A stretch of 63,419 nucleotides of DNA, counting the filler, from Octopus bimaculoides (Eukaryota): assembly GCF_001194135.2 (NCBI RefSeq). It is 4 parts of 4 records of this genome, joined end to end, with 100 filler letters (N's around TTAATTAATTAA, not from the genome) between each part and the next. Parts side by side here need not be neighbours in the genome. Positions count along the whole stretch, not along the records: positions 1 to 28,093 come from NC_069010.1; 3 more parts are not named here. The stretch is one strand, 5' to 3'. A model generated the notes under the pieces. The model had not been told where the DNA came from. It saw nothing but the letters and a program-made list of their open reading frames with translations, and ran no database searches. Positions 1 through 12,630 of this stretch are shown here, piece by piece (the stretch's first letter is position 1; each line of letters opens with the position of its first letter). Made by a program: the position numbers and the translations under genes.

Positions 1-350
1 TTTGGTCAGCCCGAGGCTATGGTAGAAGACACTTGCCCAAAGTGCCACGCAGTGGGACTGAACCAGGAACCATGTGGTTCGGAAGCAAGCTACTTTATTT
101 CACAACGATTTGCTATGAAGGCATTACAAAGAGGGGACAAAAAAGGACAGACAAACATAAATGGTGTAGTAGCTGCTATTTAGCAATTAAATATAAAAAT
201 ATCCGACCACTAGGGTAGACCCCTTGCTTGTTCCTCCCTTTTCTGGCTTTCACTTACCTGGTGTCAAACACTCCCAGCTTTAGACACTCCTATGCATTTC
301 TCTTATAGAAGTTGTGTGCTTTATTAAGAAAAGCTAAAATTTCTTAAGTT

Positions 351-713
351 TAATATCTGATGGTTTTCAGTATCTTATTCAATTTATGAAGATGAATATA
401 CTGAGTTGTCCACCTTGGACTATTAAAATAATATTATGAAAATTAAAATTGTGAAATATAAACATTCTAACTATTAGCTAGTACCCCTACTTAAATAAAA
501 TAGTAAAATTGAAATTAAATAACTAAATAAATGGATGGTCTTAAAAAATAAATGATTAGATGATTAATTGAACAACTCAACACTATTGCATAGTGCCTTG
601 CACTTAATGTATTGTGTCTGATGAAATATATTATTCTATAAACATATTTTAACGATGAATAACAACTTGGGAAAATAACTTATCCAGTCCATTCTAATAT
701 CTTATCCGTTGAT
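351..713 (+). repeat. Direct repeat, copy 1 of about 360 bp
   Basis: Near-identical to 1596-1961 by eye. Confidence 0.9.
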
Positions 714-1595
714 TTATATATGACAAGAAGAAAATGGAGGGAATCCACAGGTTGTATTTACCAGCTGTTAGATATTATATCATGGCTATTTATTTAGTTT
801 AAACAGTTCAGATAATATATAAATACATGTGTAATTTCTAGAATAGAGAAAGAAGAGCTGTTTCAACCAAGAGGTCACTGTTCCCCATATGTTATTTCCA
901 TCTTTTCAGTGTATTGTAAATCTGTAGATAAAATTAGGGTACTTGAGTATGCCTCTAGGCATCGTCAGGGAGTTTTATAAGATAGTCCAAGAAGTTTATA
1001 GGGTTAATTTATTCATATATTATTTCTCTACTTATATTTGAAAACGTTGTAGCATGACTACGAACAGATATAAAAACCATCGCCCCGCCATTATGTTATA
1101 CAAATGCTATATTTTCCCCACACTCATATTGATGATAATAATCATTATAATAAAATACACACAAACATGGTTAAAGCAATGGCATTAGTAACTCATCTAT
1201 TTATATATCTTAAACAAATACGCATAGACTAACTCATCTTTAATAATAAAATTAAATAATCAAATTATAACCTACAAATATGCAGAATAACAACATAATT
1301 TAGTACCATCCCCAAGACTGAATTATAAATTTACATGTGCATATATATTTGTGTGTATATGTATGTGTGTATCATACGTATATTTGTATATATATNNNNN
1401 NNNNNNNNNNNNNNNNNNNNNNNNNNNNNNNNNNNNNNNNNNNNNNNNNNNNNNNNNNNNNNNNNNNNNNNNNNNNNNNNNNNNNNNNTATATATATATA
1501 GGGATAAAAGCATATTTACACAACCAATTAATTGAATAATTATTAATTTTAATTTAATTAATTAATTGATTCATTAACTAATTAGCTGATTAGTG

Positions 1596-1961
1596 TAATA
1601 TCTGATGGTTTTCAGTATCGCATTCAATTTATAAAGATGAATAAACATAGTTGTCCCCCTTGGACTATTAAAATAATATTATGAAAATTAAAATGGTGAA
1701 ATATAAACATTCTACTATTTGCTGGTACCCCCACTCAAATAAAACAGTAAAATTGAAATTAAATAACTAAATAAATGGATGGTCTAAAAAAAATAAATGA
1801 TTAGATGATTAATTGAACAACTAAACACTATTGCATAGTGCCTTGCACTTAATGTATTGTGTCTGATGAAATATATTATACTATAAACATATTTTAACGA
1901 TGAATAACAACAACTTGGGAAAATAACTTATCCAGTCCCTTCTAATATCTTATCCATTGAT
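1596..1961 (+). repeat. Direct repeat, copy 2
   Basis: Near-identical to 351-713. Confidence 0.9.
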
Positions 1962-2372
1962 AAAAAACATTTGTAATTATTAGTTCCATCATAGAATCCC
2001 CCCCCCCTGTATTGCTCATATATGTTGGTAAATGCACATTTCATCGCCCTAATTAGACGGATACACATTTTAAATTTTTATAATAATATACGGTTTCATA
2101 CATTTGTAACACCTTATTTCTCGTAAATGATCTAAAACCACATCCCCTAGTCGTATCGCTATAACCTATTATATTATATCCACTAACATATACACTCTCA
2201 TCAACTTTTTACTTATATAATCCTTAACTTAATCTAATCGAATCAAGTCTCAATATCAATTTTTTACTCTCATATTTGTTTCTATGTTTTCATCCATATA
2301 TAGACGCAGGAGTGGCTCTGTGGTAAGTAGCTTACTTACAAACCGCATGGTTCCGGGTTCAGTCCCAATTTG

Positions 2373-3300
2373 GAAACGACATGTTGTACTGCTTAGTTTT
2401 CAAACCGGAAGCTCCAATACGAACATTTCAGAGCGCTTAAGTATCAGCTTGAGGACAGTGCAGAGGACATAGAAAGAGATGGATGAGTCTAATGGCGATT
2501 ACAAAGGTACGGCAGCTCAGAAAACCCACTCTGATTGTTCTGATAAGAAAAGAACTCCTGAATTTGTTGGTGAGATCCAGGCCATGATTAACAACGATCC
2601 CTCCAAGTTAATCAGGTCCATCACCAGGGATATGGGAGTGTCTGAGTTTCTTATAAGGCAGGAAGTGCATGAAGACATTCGACATTCCTCATACAAGTTG
2701 AGAAAGGGCCAATTTTTATCTCAAGCCATCAAGCACAAGAGGAAAGACCGCTTGAACAAACTCAAGCATCTCCTCCAACCGAACATGCTTTGGCATTTTT
2801 TCAGACGAGAAAAATTTCTTCTAGGATCAGAGGATCAGATGGTGAACACAGAGAACAACCGTTGGCTTGCCGTGTCCCCGAAACATGTATCGAGTGAGAT
2901 AAAAATCAAACATCCAGTCAACATCATGGTGTCTGGAGTGATCACTAGTGATGGCGACGTTATGCCTCCATTCATCTTCCTATATGGCCTCAGACTCAAC
3001 ACGAAGGAGGTAGTGCTGTCCTGGGTGAAGAGGTAACTTCTGGAATAACCTATGTCTGACAATAGGACTCTGTACCAGGCCACACAAGCAGAAGAACCCA
3101 GTCATGGCTGTCAGAAAATTTTGGCGACCACAACACCTCTAACATCTGCCACCTAACTCCTCAGACTACAACTTCCTTCGTTATCATGGGTGGGTGCAGC
3201 TGAGCGAGAGACAAATAAATCTCCTTGTAATACCAAAGTTGAACTGAAGACAAGGATTATGGCAGAATTCTCTAATTTAAACTTGGAGATCATCCAGAAC
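2373..3300 (+). mobile_element. Decayed Tc1/mariner (maT/DD37D-like) transposase
   Basis: HTH-like N-terminus, KHPVNIMVSGVITSDG.VMPPF, and DSVPGHTSRRTQSWL followed by frameshifted WPPNS.DYN; in-frame stops. Confidence 0.85.
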
Positions 3301-5214
3301 AGGGATGTTTTCAATCTGACCAACAGATTTTTAATTAATTTTTTTTAACTAAACTCTTTGAAACTTCGGATACTGGTAGAATGTGTCACATAGAACAGGG
3401 TTTACTCTTAACGTTTTTGACAAAATTTTGTATTTTAGAAGTTATTTCGTGTTAAAATTATCATATTTAGGTAATTTTAACCAATCAATGACGTGTATTC
3501 AGCTGAAGAAAATTACTGCTGTTGTTTGCGAACAACAACTTCCGGATCCACTCCCCTAACAAAACCCTTCTTTAATAAACAGAGATGTTTTTATAGCAAC
3601 ATAAATTTCAGGGTTGATTTGAGGTTAAAATAACAACAAAATTATTACTGAGACAGACCAACGACGGACCCTGTATGTGGTTGCATGACCTGCTAGAAAA
3701 AGTAGCCAAACTTTTTTTTATATACAGAATAGAAAAGCCTCTATCCTGTGATATATACGTAGAGTCCATTATGTCTGGGAAAAAAGACGGGATGGTCAGT
3801 TGGGACGTCATCGATCATATCTGTTCAATCAGATCCAAATCGGGACTAAACAACAAGTGACAAAGGGAACGAGAGAGCCTTTACCTGGTCGCTCGAGTTG
3901 CTAGAAAGAGCAACCAAATCTTCCTGACAAAAAGAAAAATGAAATTTCTGTCTTCAAGAAAAAAATAATAATGCAAGTTTATATTATTTTATAATGTTCC
4001 CTTAGGAATTCATTACTTCTAGAAAAGAATATGACAAAATAGTCATGGCTGGAACGTCTTTTCTCACAGATCCATTACAATCAGAGCAATCCTATGGTAA
4101 AAACAATATTCTTCACTGGATGTTGAAGATAGCAAGTATCTATATTCCAAATATTGGGATTCCCTTATAAAATAATATAAAGTTGCATGATTTAATTCAC
4201 CACACCCTGTAAATAAATATATATAAATATGTGTGTGTATGTATGTATGTATATATATATATATATATAAGCAGTAAAGCCAGTAGCCACACCAAAGTGG
4301 CTGTTGAATGTCACTACCAGTTTAACCCCAGGCAGTTTCTCATCAACTGGTTATCAGTGCAACTCGCTGCACCTTTTATATGCGATATATTGCTGAGGTG
4401 TGCGTGGGGCGAAATCTTTCTACCCTCTAGCAGCTATCGGGATCGTGAGACTGACTCAGTTTCGAGCGATTTAGCTCATCTTCAGTTGCAAGCCCCTGCA
4501 TGCCAAAGCAATAGCCAGAAACCGCTACCATTAGCAATATATCATGAAGAAAGTGACCATCGGCCACTGATTTGCAACAAGCAAAATAGGTGGTTATAAA
4601 GTCTTCAGAAGAGATAGAGTAGTAACATATACTTCACTGTAAAGCCAGTCGCCACATCACACTAGTTGTTGAATGTGACTACTAGTTTAACCTCTGGTCC
4701 TGAGTTTCTAAATGCCCTCTTAAGAAAGCTGTAGGCCCTTTTCCAAAATGTTGCACATAGCGCTGTCTCCACCCTTAATGACTGGTCTAAGGGATATGAC
4801 TAAATAAAACTTTGGGAAAACTTCAAACATGTACTATAATTTATTGAACTTAAGTATTATGTTGTGGAAGGATTCCACTCTCTCCGTGTGACTAAAAATT
4901 GACTGACACATTTCTATTACATAGACAATTGTTGAGTCGTCAGCAATTGTAGTAAGCAGTTCACTGTGAGACATTGATTGAGAGCGTTGTAATTGACTCA
5001 TCCCCTCCTCTCACCCCCTGATATTGCTGGCCTTGTACCAAAGATTGAACTCGATATTAATGATTGCGATGATGATGAGAATGAGATGATGACTATTTTA
5101 CAACAATTATAATGTTTTTAATTATGAAATAAAGACACATTTATATTGTTGACCCTTTTCTTACCAAATTTTTTTTGTAATTAACTGCCTTTTATTTTAT
5201 TTCTCTCTTTTTTT

Positions 5215-6990
5215 TATTTTGAAAATGAAGAATTTAGTAAAATAACATTGTCATCATCAGACTGATGTTTGGAACTTTGTATTGTAGAAGTAGATGTGGT
5301 TTCTGACAGGTTGGCATCAAAATGGTTAGATGGAAAGTTCTGGAAATTAAAACATATGACTAAGATATTTCTATTGAAATATGCTGTCTTTGTTTCAATT
5401 AATTTTGAAAATAATTAAGAATTTAGTAAAATAGCCTTGTCATTATTAAGCTGGTGTTTGGAAGTTTGTATCATAGAATAATGACAAATTAGTTTGTCAT
5501 TATTAATTAATCAGGTTTTTGGAACATAAATGAAGATGAAACTTTGATGGAAGATTTTAAATTTAGATAATTTTAAAATGGGAAATTTGTGTCATACAAC
5601 CACAGGTGGTCTCGGGTAGGTTGGTATGAAAAAGGTTAAGGATATTTCTGTTGAAATGTTCCGAGTTTGTTTCAAGTGATTTTGAAAATATTGAAAAATA
5701 TAGTAAAATAACTTTGTCATGAATTATTCTGGTATTTGGAACATAAATGAACATGAAATTTTAATGTAAGATTTTAATTTAGATCACTTTAAATCAAGAA
5801 GTTTGTATCACAGAACCAAGGGTGGTTTTAGGCAGGTTGCTATCAAAATGGTTAGGACAGACATGATGGAAAGATCTGGGAGCTAAATCATATTCTTTTA
5901 CTTGTTTCAATCATTTTGTCTGTGGCCATGATGGAGCACTACCTTTAGCCGAACAATTCAACCCCAGGAGTTATTGTTTGTGAGTCTAGTACTTATTCTA
6001 TCAATTCTTTTTCGCCAAACCACTAAGTTACAGGGACATAAACACACCAACATCAGTTGTCAAGTGATGGAGGAGAGGAGAAACACAGACACACAAGCAC
6101 ACACATACATATATATGACTGGCTTCTTTCAGTTTCTGTCTCCCAAATCCACTCACAATGGCTCTTCTCAGCCCGAGGCCATAGTAGAAGACATTAGCCC
6201 AAGGTGCCATGCAGTGGGACTGAACCCGGATCCATGTCATTGGGAAGCAAGCTTCTTATCACACAGTCATGCCATATGACTAAGATATTTCTATTGAAAT
6301 ACACTGCCATTTTTTCAATTAATTGTAAAAATGATAAAGAATTTAATAAAACAACTTTGTTATTATTCAGATGATGTTTTAGAACATAAATTTTCAATGG
6401 AAGATTTTAAATTTTGATCGTTTTTAAAACAGGATGTTTTTATCGTAGGACCAGGAGTGGTCTCACTGGGTTAGTATCAAAAGGGTTGAGACGAATTCCA
6501 TGGAAAGATCTGGAATCTAAAGCATACGACTAGGAGATTTCTGCTGAAATACACTGGTTTTGTTTGAATCAATTTTGAAAATTATGAAGAATTTAATAAA
6601 ATAAATTTGTCATTATCAAGTTTGTGTTTGAAAGAGAAATTAACACGAGATTTTGATGGAAGATTTGAAATTCATTTAAAATGAGAAGTTTGTGTCATAG
6701 AACCAAACGACAGGCTCAGGTAGGTTGGTATCAAAAGGGTTAGGACAGACATGATGGAAAGTTCTAGAAATAAGTCATAGGGCTAGAATAATTCTGGTGA
6801 AATACATTGCTGCTGGTTTAATTCATTTTCAAAATGATGAAAAATTTAGTAAAATAACTTCATTATTATTAAGCTGGTGTTCAGAACATGAAACTTTGAT
6901 GGAAGATTTTAATTTAGATCATATAAAAATGCAAAGTTCATATCAAAGAAACAGAGGTGGTCATAGGTGGATTGGTATCAAAAGTGTTTA
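5215..6990. repeat. Degenerate ~255-bp tandem array derived from a TTAA-type MITE, interrupted by a SINE
   Basis: About 7 units ending ggttggtatcaaaa(g/t)ggtt, most followed by a gatggaaag(a/t)tct linker. Confidence 0.8.
5895..6272 (-). mobile_element. tRNA-derived SINE, family A
   Basis: Matches the complete family A copy at 10878-11295, in reverse. Confidence 0.85.
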
Positions 6991-7053
6991 ATTTGATTGG
7001 TGTTTTATAGCACCCAGAGATCACTGACAATTTTTGTTTCTGATAAATATAAT

Positions 7054-7270
7054 GCTTTCTACCATTGGTACAAGGCCTGAAATTTTGAGGGAGGTGGGGT
7101 AAGTTCATCTCATTGACCCCAGTATGCAGCTGGTACTTAATTTATCAACCCCGAAAAGATGAAAGGCAAAGTCAACTTCAGCATAATTTGAACTTAGAAA
7201 GTAACAGCAGATGAAATACTGCTAAGCATTTTGTCTGGCATGCTAATGATTCTGCCAGCTCATTGCATTA
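7054..7270 (-). mobile_element. SINE, family B (core ccccgaaa.gatgaaaggcaaagtc)
   Basis: Shares its core with 13330-13545, 53700-53915 and 56235-56430. Confidence 0.8.
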
Positions 7271-7799
7271 AATATAATGGTGCAGTTATTTTGGTGTTCC
7301 AGTGGTCCTGTCACCTCATCCAACACAACCAGGAAATACCTTCTAAACCCAGCAAAAAATCTCTGCTGTTTTGTTAGTCTCTCTTCTATTGATAATAGAT
7401 ACACTTAGGAAGTTTGGGTGTCTCTTGAGCTCGCCACATGCTTTGTAAGGGTCTTTTGTCTTTGTGGCCCTGATGAAAATTTTATACCTTTTCACGATTA
7501 CAGATGCAGAAGTGACTGTGTGGTAAAAAATTTGCTTCCAAACCACATGGTTCTGGGTTTAGTCACACTGCATGGCAAGTATCTTCTACTACAGCATTGT
7601 CTCGGGTCATAGTAATCATATTGCGTCCTGTAAATATTTCTTTCTTCCTGCTTCATTAAATTATATACCCAACACCAGGATATAAAATATTATAACAAAA
7701 ATCCAAATAGCTTTTCTTAGATGAATACAGTATGATATTGGCAATATCAGTTCAAAGTTATAATTCATCCTGCAAATGTTAGTTTGTTGATATCATGTT

Positions 7800-8070
7800 A
7801 AAAACTTTCTTATAAACAACGTTTCAAGTTTTACCAGGAGGGTAAAATAATGCTTGTGCAAAAGAGCAATCATAACACCAGTGAAAATTAGTGTGAATAA
7901 GTTAAATGGAAAACTTGAAAAAGTTTTACCTAGAAATAACTATACTTACAAATCTATAAACTCTGTTGTGGATGACTCAGAAATAGTCTATTACCTGGCT
8001 GAGTTCTTAAACTCACTGGCAAGTTATGGTTGCTTAATAGGAGGCAAGGTTCTGGAAATCGGTTGAATAT
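7800..8070 (+). mobile_element. Helitron PIF1-like helicase fragment
   Basis: RAIITP...VNKLN...[24 protein letters not shown] resembles the Helitron helicase motif AILAP.N...YKS.D.V......YP.EFLNSL. Confidence 0.75.
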
Positions 8071-8101
8071 CGCCTTTCTTCCATTAATTTCTTATTCTTC
8101 G

Positions 8102-8527
8102 TGTTGCTAACACTCCAGCAGTCGAGTAAAGAAGTATTAGGCAAAACACAGGTTCTCCATTAGTTTTTATTTACAATATATACACAGGTGTGGTATGTTG
8201 GTCTTTTGCAGCCATCTCATGTGGTATAAATTCATCGTTCTCCATTACGCGGGCCATAGCCTCAGGAGATGCAACAAGCGGACTAGCCTAGAGTCTTAGC
8301 CAGTGAAGATGGCTCTCTGGTGGTCGCAGCAGGAAAAGTGAGGAAAAGAGCTCAAACCTCGAGGTTTCTTTCCTTTTGTAGTTTTGCCATCGCAAGCCTC
8401 ATTGTGAGCTTGCGCATGGCAAATGGATGCAGGTGAGGTCTTGCTCCAGTCTCAGAGATGGCAATGGCTGCCACGAGAATTCATTCAATATGGCACTGAC
8501 TGCTTGTGCCGCTACAGTTGCATAACA
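8102..8527 (-). mobile_element. Solo-LTR-like segment
   Basis: TG...CA termini, GC-richer than the flanks, minus-strand AATAAA near the 3' end; no TSD found. Confidence 0.4.
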
Positions 8528-9034
8528 AAATACCACGTGCCTACAGATCATTGCTATTTGCGTACCAGTCCCAGGAAGGCATTTAATATGTAAATTGATA
8601 TATCCGATAACTTAACACCGCTGTATGTGGTGGTTCTATAACCAATGGGTTAGATGGTTGTTGATGAAGGGGAAAATCCCCCGAAATATGGCACATACAC
8701 CTGTTACCCATTTTTATCTTCGATCTCATTGTTAGTTTACATCTAACATCTCGATAGGCAACATTGTAGCAAAAATCATTGCTGGTTAAAATTTCTATAG
8801 AATATCTGTAAATATTATAATGTCAAAAGTGCTGCTAACACAGTAGAACGTCGTATTGACTTATAAAAACAATCAATATACTTTATAGTATATTATGGTT
8901 GCTTAACGAAATACCACATACTTCCAAAATTATTACTATATATATGTGTGTGTGTATTTCTTTAATTTCTTTTAATTGTTTCAGCTTTAAATCTATGGAC
9001 ATGCTGGGGCATCACTGTTGGCTATGCTACACCA

Positions 9035-9385
9035 TCATTTGAAACCTCCTCTGATATGTGGCATTTGGTGAATGAGTGAGTTTGATGCTGCTGCCCTCAT
9101 CTGTGTTTCCTGCTGTGGGACAGGCTCATCTGTAACCCTTGTCAGGAGGAGATCCAGTTTTGTTTTGAAGACACCTACATCCAAACCGTGCAGGTCTCTC
9201 ATGTATTTTGGAGGGTTATTGAAAATATCTGTCATCCACATGAAAGTTGACAGTCATTTGTTATATGTTGGCCAGAAGCATACAGTTCTATCATTTACAT
9301 GAACGTTAACAGCCATTTCTTAACACATCTTAGTGAATAAATTTCACTACGCATAGTACAATTCTAGCAGCTTTTCAATCCGACA
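9035..9385 (-). mobile_element. CR1-like LINE 3' end
   Basis: FNNPPKYMRDLHGLDVGVFKTKLDL..RV.DEP is typical of a CR1-clade ORF2 C-terminus. Confidence 0.7.
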
Positions 9386-9397
9386 GGTGTTTCTGCT

Positions 9398-9443
<46 letters not shown>

Positions 9444-9850
9444 NNNNNNNNNNNNNNNNNNNNNNNNNNNNNNNNNNNNNNNNNNNNNNNNNNNNNNNNN
9501 NNNNNNNNNNNNNNNNNNNNNNNNNNNNNNNNNNNNNNNNNNNNNNNNNNNNNNNNNNNNNNNNNNNNNNNNNNNNNNNNNNNNNNNNNNNNNNNNNNNN
9601 NNNNNNNNNNNNNNNNNNNNNNNNNNNNNNNNNNNNNNNNNNNNNNNNNNNNNNNNNNNNNNNNNNNNNNNNNNNNNNNNNNNNNNNNNNNNNNNNNNNN
9701 NNNNNNNNNNNNNNNNNNNNNNNNNNNNNNNNNNNNNNNNNNNNNNNNNNNNNNNNNNNNNNNNNNNNNNNNNNNNNNNNNNNNNNNNNNNNNNNNNNNN
9801 NNNNNNNNNNNNNNNNNNNNNNNNNNNNNNNNNNNNNNNNNNNNNNNNNN

Positions 9851-10245
9851 GTTTAGTGCCCAGTGAAGGAAAGGTATGCATAAGTGGGCTGGTTACACCA
9901 CTGGCATAGGCCACAGGTTATGGTCTCACTTGGCTTGCTGGGTTTTCTCAAGCACTGCATATTTCCAAAGGTCTCGGTCACTAGTCATTGCCTCGGTGAG
10001 GCCTAAAGTTTGAAGGTCGTGCTTCACCACCTCATCCCAGGTCTTCCACAGGTTCCCTCAACTGCTAGGGTGTGACACTTTTTCACACAGCTATCCTCAT
10101 CCATTCGCACCACATGTCCATACCAGCACAGTCGTCTCTCTTGCACACCACATCTGATACTTCTTAGGTCCAACTTTTCTCTCAAGGTACTTACAGTCTG
10201 TTGAATATGCACACTGACATTACACATCCAGTGGAGCATACTGAT
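9851..10245 (-). mobile_element. RTE LINE 3' fragment
   Basis: LREKL...VQERRLCWYGHVVRM...VEGTCGR is an RTE ORF2 C-terminus. Confidence 0.85.
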
Positions 10246-10477
10246 ATGAATGATTGTTAAACTTTGTCACAAATAGACACAGCTGTATAAGTGACCTTAA
10301 CACCATTTAAATACATATCTTAGTTTTACAGTGTATTTTGGCCAGTATATTTTGTCGTCGTTTTTATTAACTTTTGTATGTTCTGATTTACTTTTGTTGG
10401 ATTGTAAATAGCCATTTTTCAAAGTTATAGTTTATAAAATAAATGGCGTTTGCAAAGAAAAATGAGTTTTTCTCTTT

Positions 10478-10807
10478 CTCTTTTACTTGTTTCAGTCATT
10501 TGACTGCGGCTATGCTGGAGCACCACCTTTGGTCGAGCAAATTGATCCCAGAACTTATTCTTTGAAAGCCTAGTACTTATTCTATCAGTCTCTTTTGCCG
10601 AACTGCTAAGTTACGGGGACGTAAACACACAACCATCAGTTGTCAAGCGATGTTGTGGGGACAAACACAGACGCACAAACATATATACACACATGTATAT
10701 ATACATATATATAATGGGCTTCTATCAGTTTCCGTCTACCAAATCCACTCACAAGACATTGGTCGGCCCAAGACTATAGTAGAAGACACTTGCCCAAGGT
10801 TCCACGC
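10478..10807 (-). mobile_element. tRNA-derived SINE, family A (inverted partner of 10878-11295)
   Basis: Reverse complement of the family A body and tail; head truncated. Confidence 0.9.
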
Positions 10808-10877
10808 CTATGTGTATGGGAATATCTGAAAAATCATGAAGAAAAAATGAAAAATGAACAACAGGCACAGAACAATA

Positions 10878-11038
10878 GGCGCAGGATTGGCTGTGTGGTA
10901 AGTAGCTTGCTTACCAACGACATGGTTCCAGGTTCATTCCCACTGCGTGGTACCTTGGGCAAGTGTCATCTTTTATAGCCTTGGGCCGACCAATGTCTTG
11001 TGAATGGATTTGGTAGACGGAAACTGAAAGAAGCCCGT

Positions 11039-11103
<65 letters not shown>

Positions 11104-11295
11104 GTTTGTGTGTCTGTGCTTGACAACCAATGCTGGTGTGTTTACGTCCCCGTAACTTAGCAGTTCGGCAAAAGAGACCGATAGAATAAGTACTAGGCTT
11201 ACAAAGAATAAGTCCTGGAGTCGATTTGCTCGACTAAAGGTGGTGCTCCAGCATGGCCACAGTCAAATAACTAAAACAAGTAAAAGAGTAAAGAG
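10878..11295 (+). mobile_element. Full-length tRNA-derived SINE, family A
   Basis: A-box-like TGGCTGTGTGG, B-box-like GGTTCATTCC, internal (TA)n and gtaaaagag tail. Confidence 0.9.
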
Positions 11296-11917
11296 TACAC
11301 ACATGCCATGTAAACTGATATTCATACACTTACATCTTCAAAATAAATTTAATATTGTTTCTGTTTAGAAGTAGGTGGTCCTCATTGACTGTAAATTGAA
11401 GCAATATCACATTTCTATTTTTAAATGCTGAGTGGATGAGGCTGGAATCAAAGCAATTCATGCCAGGGATCTGGTGTAATGCTATGGAAAAGATAAAGTG
11501 TGGCTAATATCGAACCCCTATAAATGTTTAATCATACATTAATTAACCCATCCTTGAATGTATTTCAGAGCCAGATCAGGCATTTGGCAAAATCGGCTCA
11601 GCCCTACATTGAGACTTCTCAAGTTGAACAACCATACATCAGCCCAACCTCATCTTCATATCAAACCGATGTCACCTTTATCTGAATATGATATTGGGCC
11701 GATGTCAACCCAACGTAAGAGACCAAAATCTCACATCAGCCCAACCTCAAATTCAAATCGGCCCAACATCAGAGGTTAGAGAAAATTGGTAACATATTTT
11801 ATATCCTTATGTAGAAGAATGTCAGGTAGAAGAAGATAAGAGGCATAGTGAAAAGGTAAAAGAAAAGCAGGAAGGATCCAGGATGAGATTTAAAAATGAA
11901 TCCAACCTGTGAATCTT

Positions 11918-12630
11918 TTAAACTAATGAGTCATTGTACTCATTGATCTGTTCCAATATGTAACTTATAGGAATGGAATAAATACTATGTTCACATCCAT
12001 CTGAAAAGTTTTCAGCATAATCAGGCATTTCATTTAAAGACTCCATTTTCTTAGGGCAAATATATTTGTCTTCAAACCAATAGGAACTATTTTCTTCAAA
12101 GTTGGTAGCATTCTTAATAGTGTTTGTCAAAGAGTTGTGATTGAGCTTGTTATTTTTGTCAAGAACAGCAAGCTCATGATCCACTCCTCTTCCATGGATT
12201 TGTTGAATAAGCAAGTTCAACTCTTTTGTTAGAGTGTAACACTTGACTGAAGGAAATTCACTGCTCACACTGGAGTTTGGTACCTGAGGAAACTTACAAA
12301 TGATAAGTTTATTGCTTTCTTCAAGTTCCCCGAGAAGGGAAGCTGTTAAAAGTGCTGAGTTATCCTCTTTTAAAAAATTTATGTAATCTTGGTTGCTTTT
12401 CCAAGCCTGGATTCTTTTGTGAAGAGCTTTCGAGTAAACAAGAATTATAAAATCGGACTCTTGAATTTCTAAACTCAGTCTTGATGGATCACTACCTTTC
12501 ACTAAACGAGCAGCAACTTCTAGTTTGCACTTGCTCATATTCAGGAAAGATATAAACTGATCAATGGCTTCACAGTGGTAAGAATGGTCCTCTGTATAAA
12601 ATAACAGTCCTCTTTTCTCTTGAATTGTTC
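11918..12630 (-). CDS. IL-17R-like terminal exon, SEFIR domain and C-terminal tail
   Basis: tttccag|GA acceptor, 713 nt to the stop, inside the 244-aa ORF; LLFYTEDH...FISFL, ESDFIILVYSKA and NFEENSSYWFEDKY match SEFIR box 1, box 2 and the post-SEFIR WFE motif. Confidence 0.9.

Noticed and set aside
340-2290. Possible mitochondrial insertion (AT-rich, with a QLSPL-like stretch reminiscent of ATP8)
   Set aside because: No sustained mitochondrial ORF, tRNA or conserved rRNA motif could be read.
5215-6990. CRISPR-like repeat-spacer appearance
   Set aside because: Eukaryotic context, long degenerate units, non-unique linkers and no cas genes.
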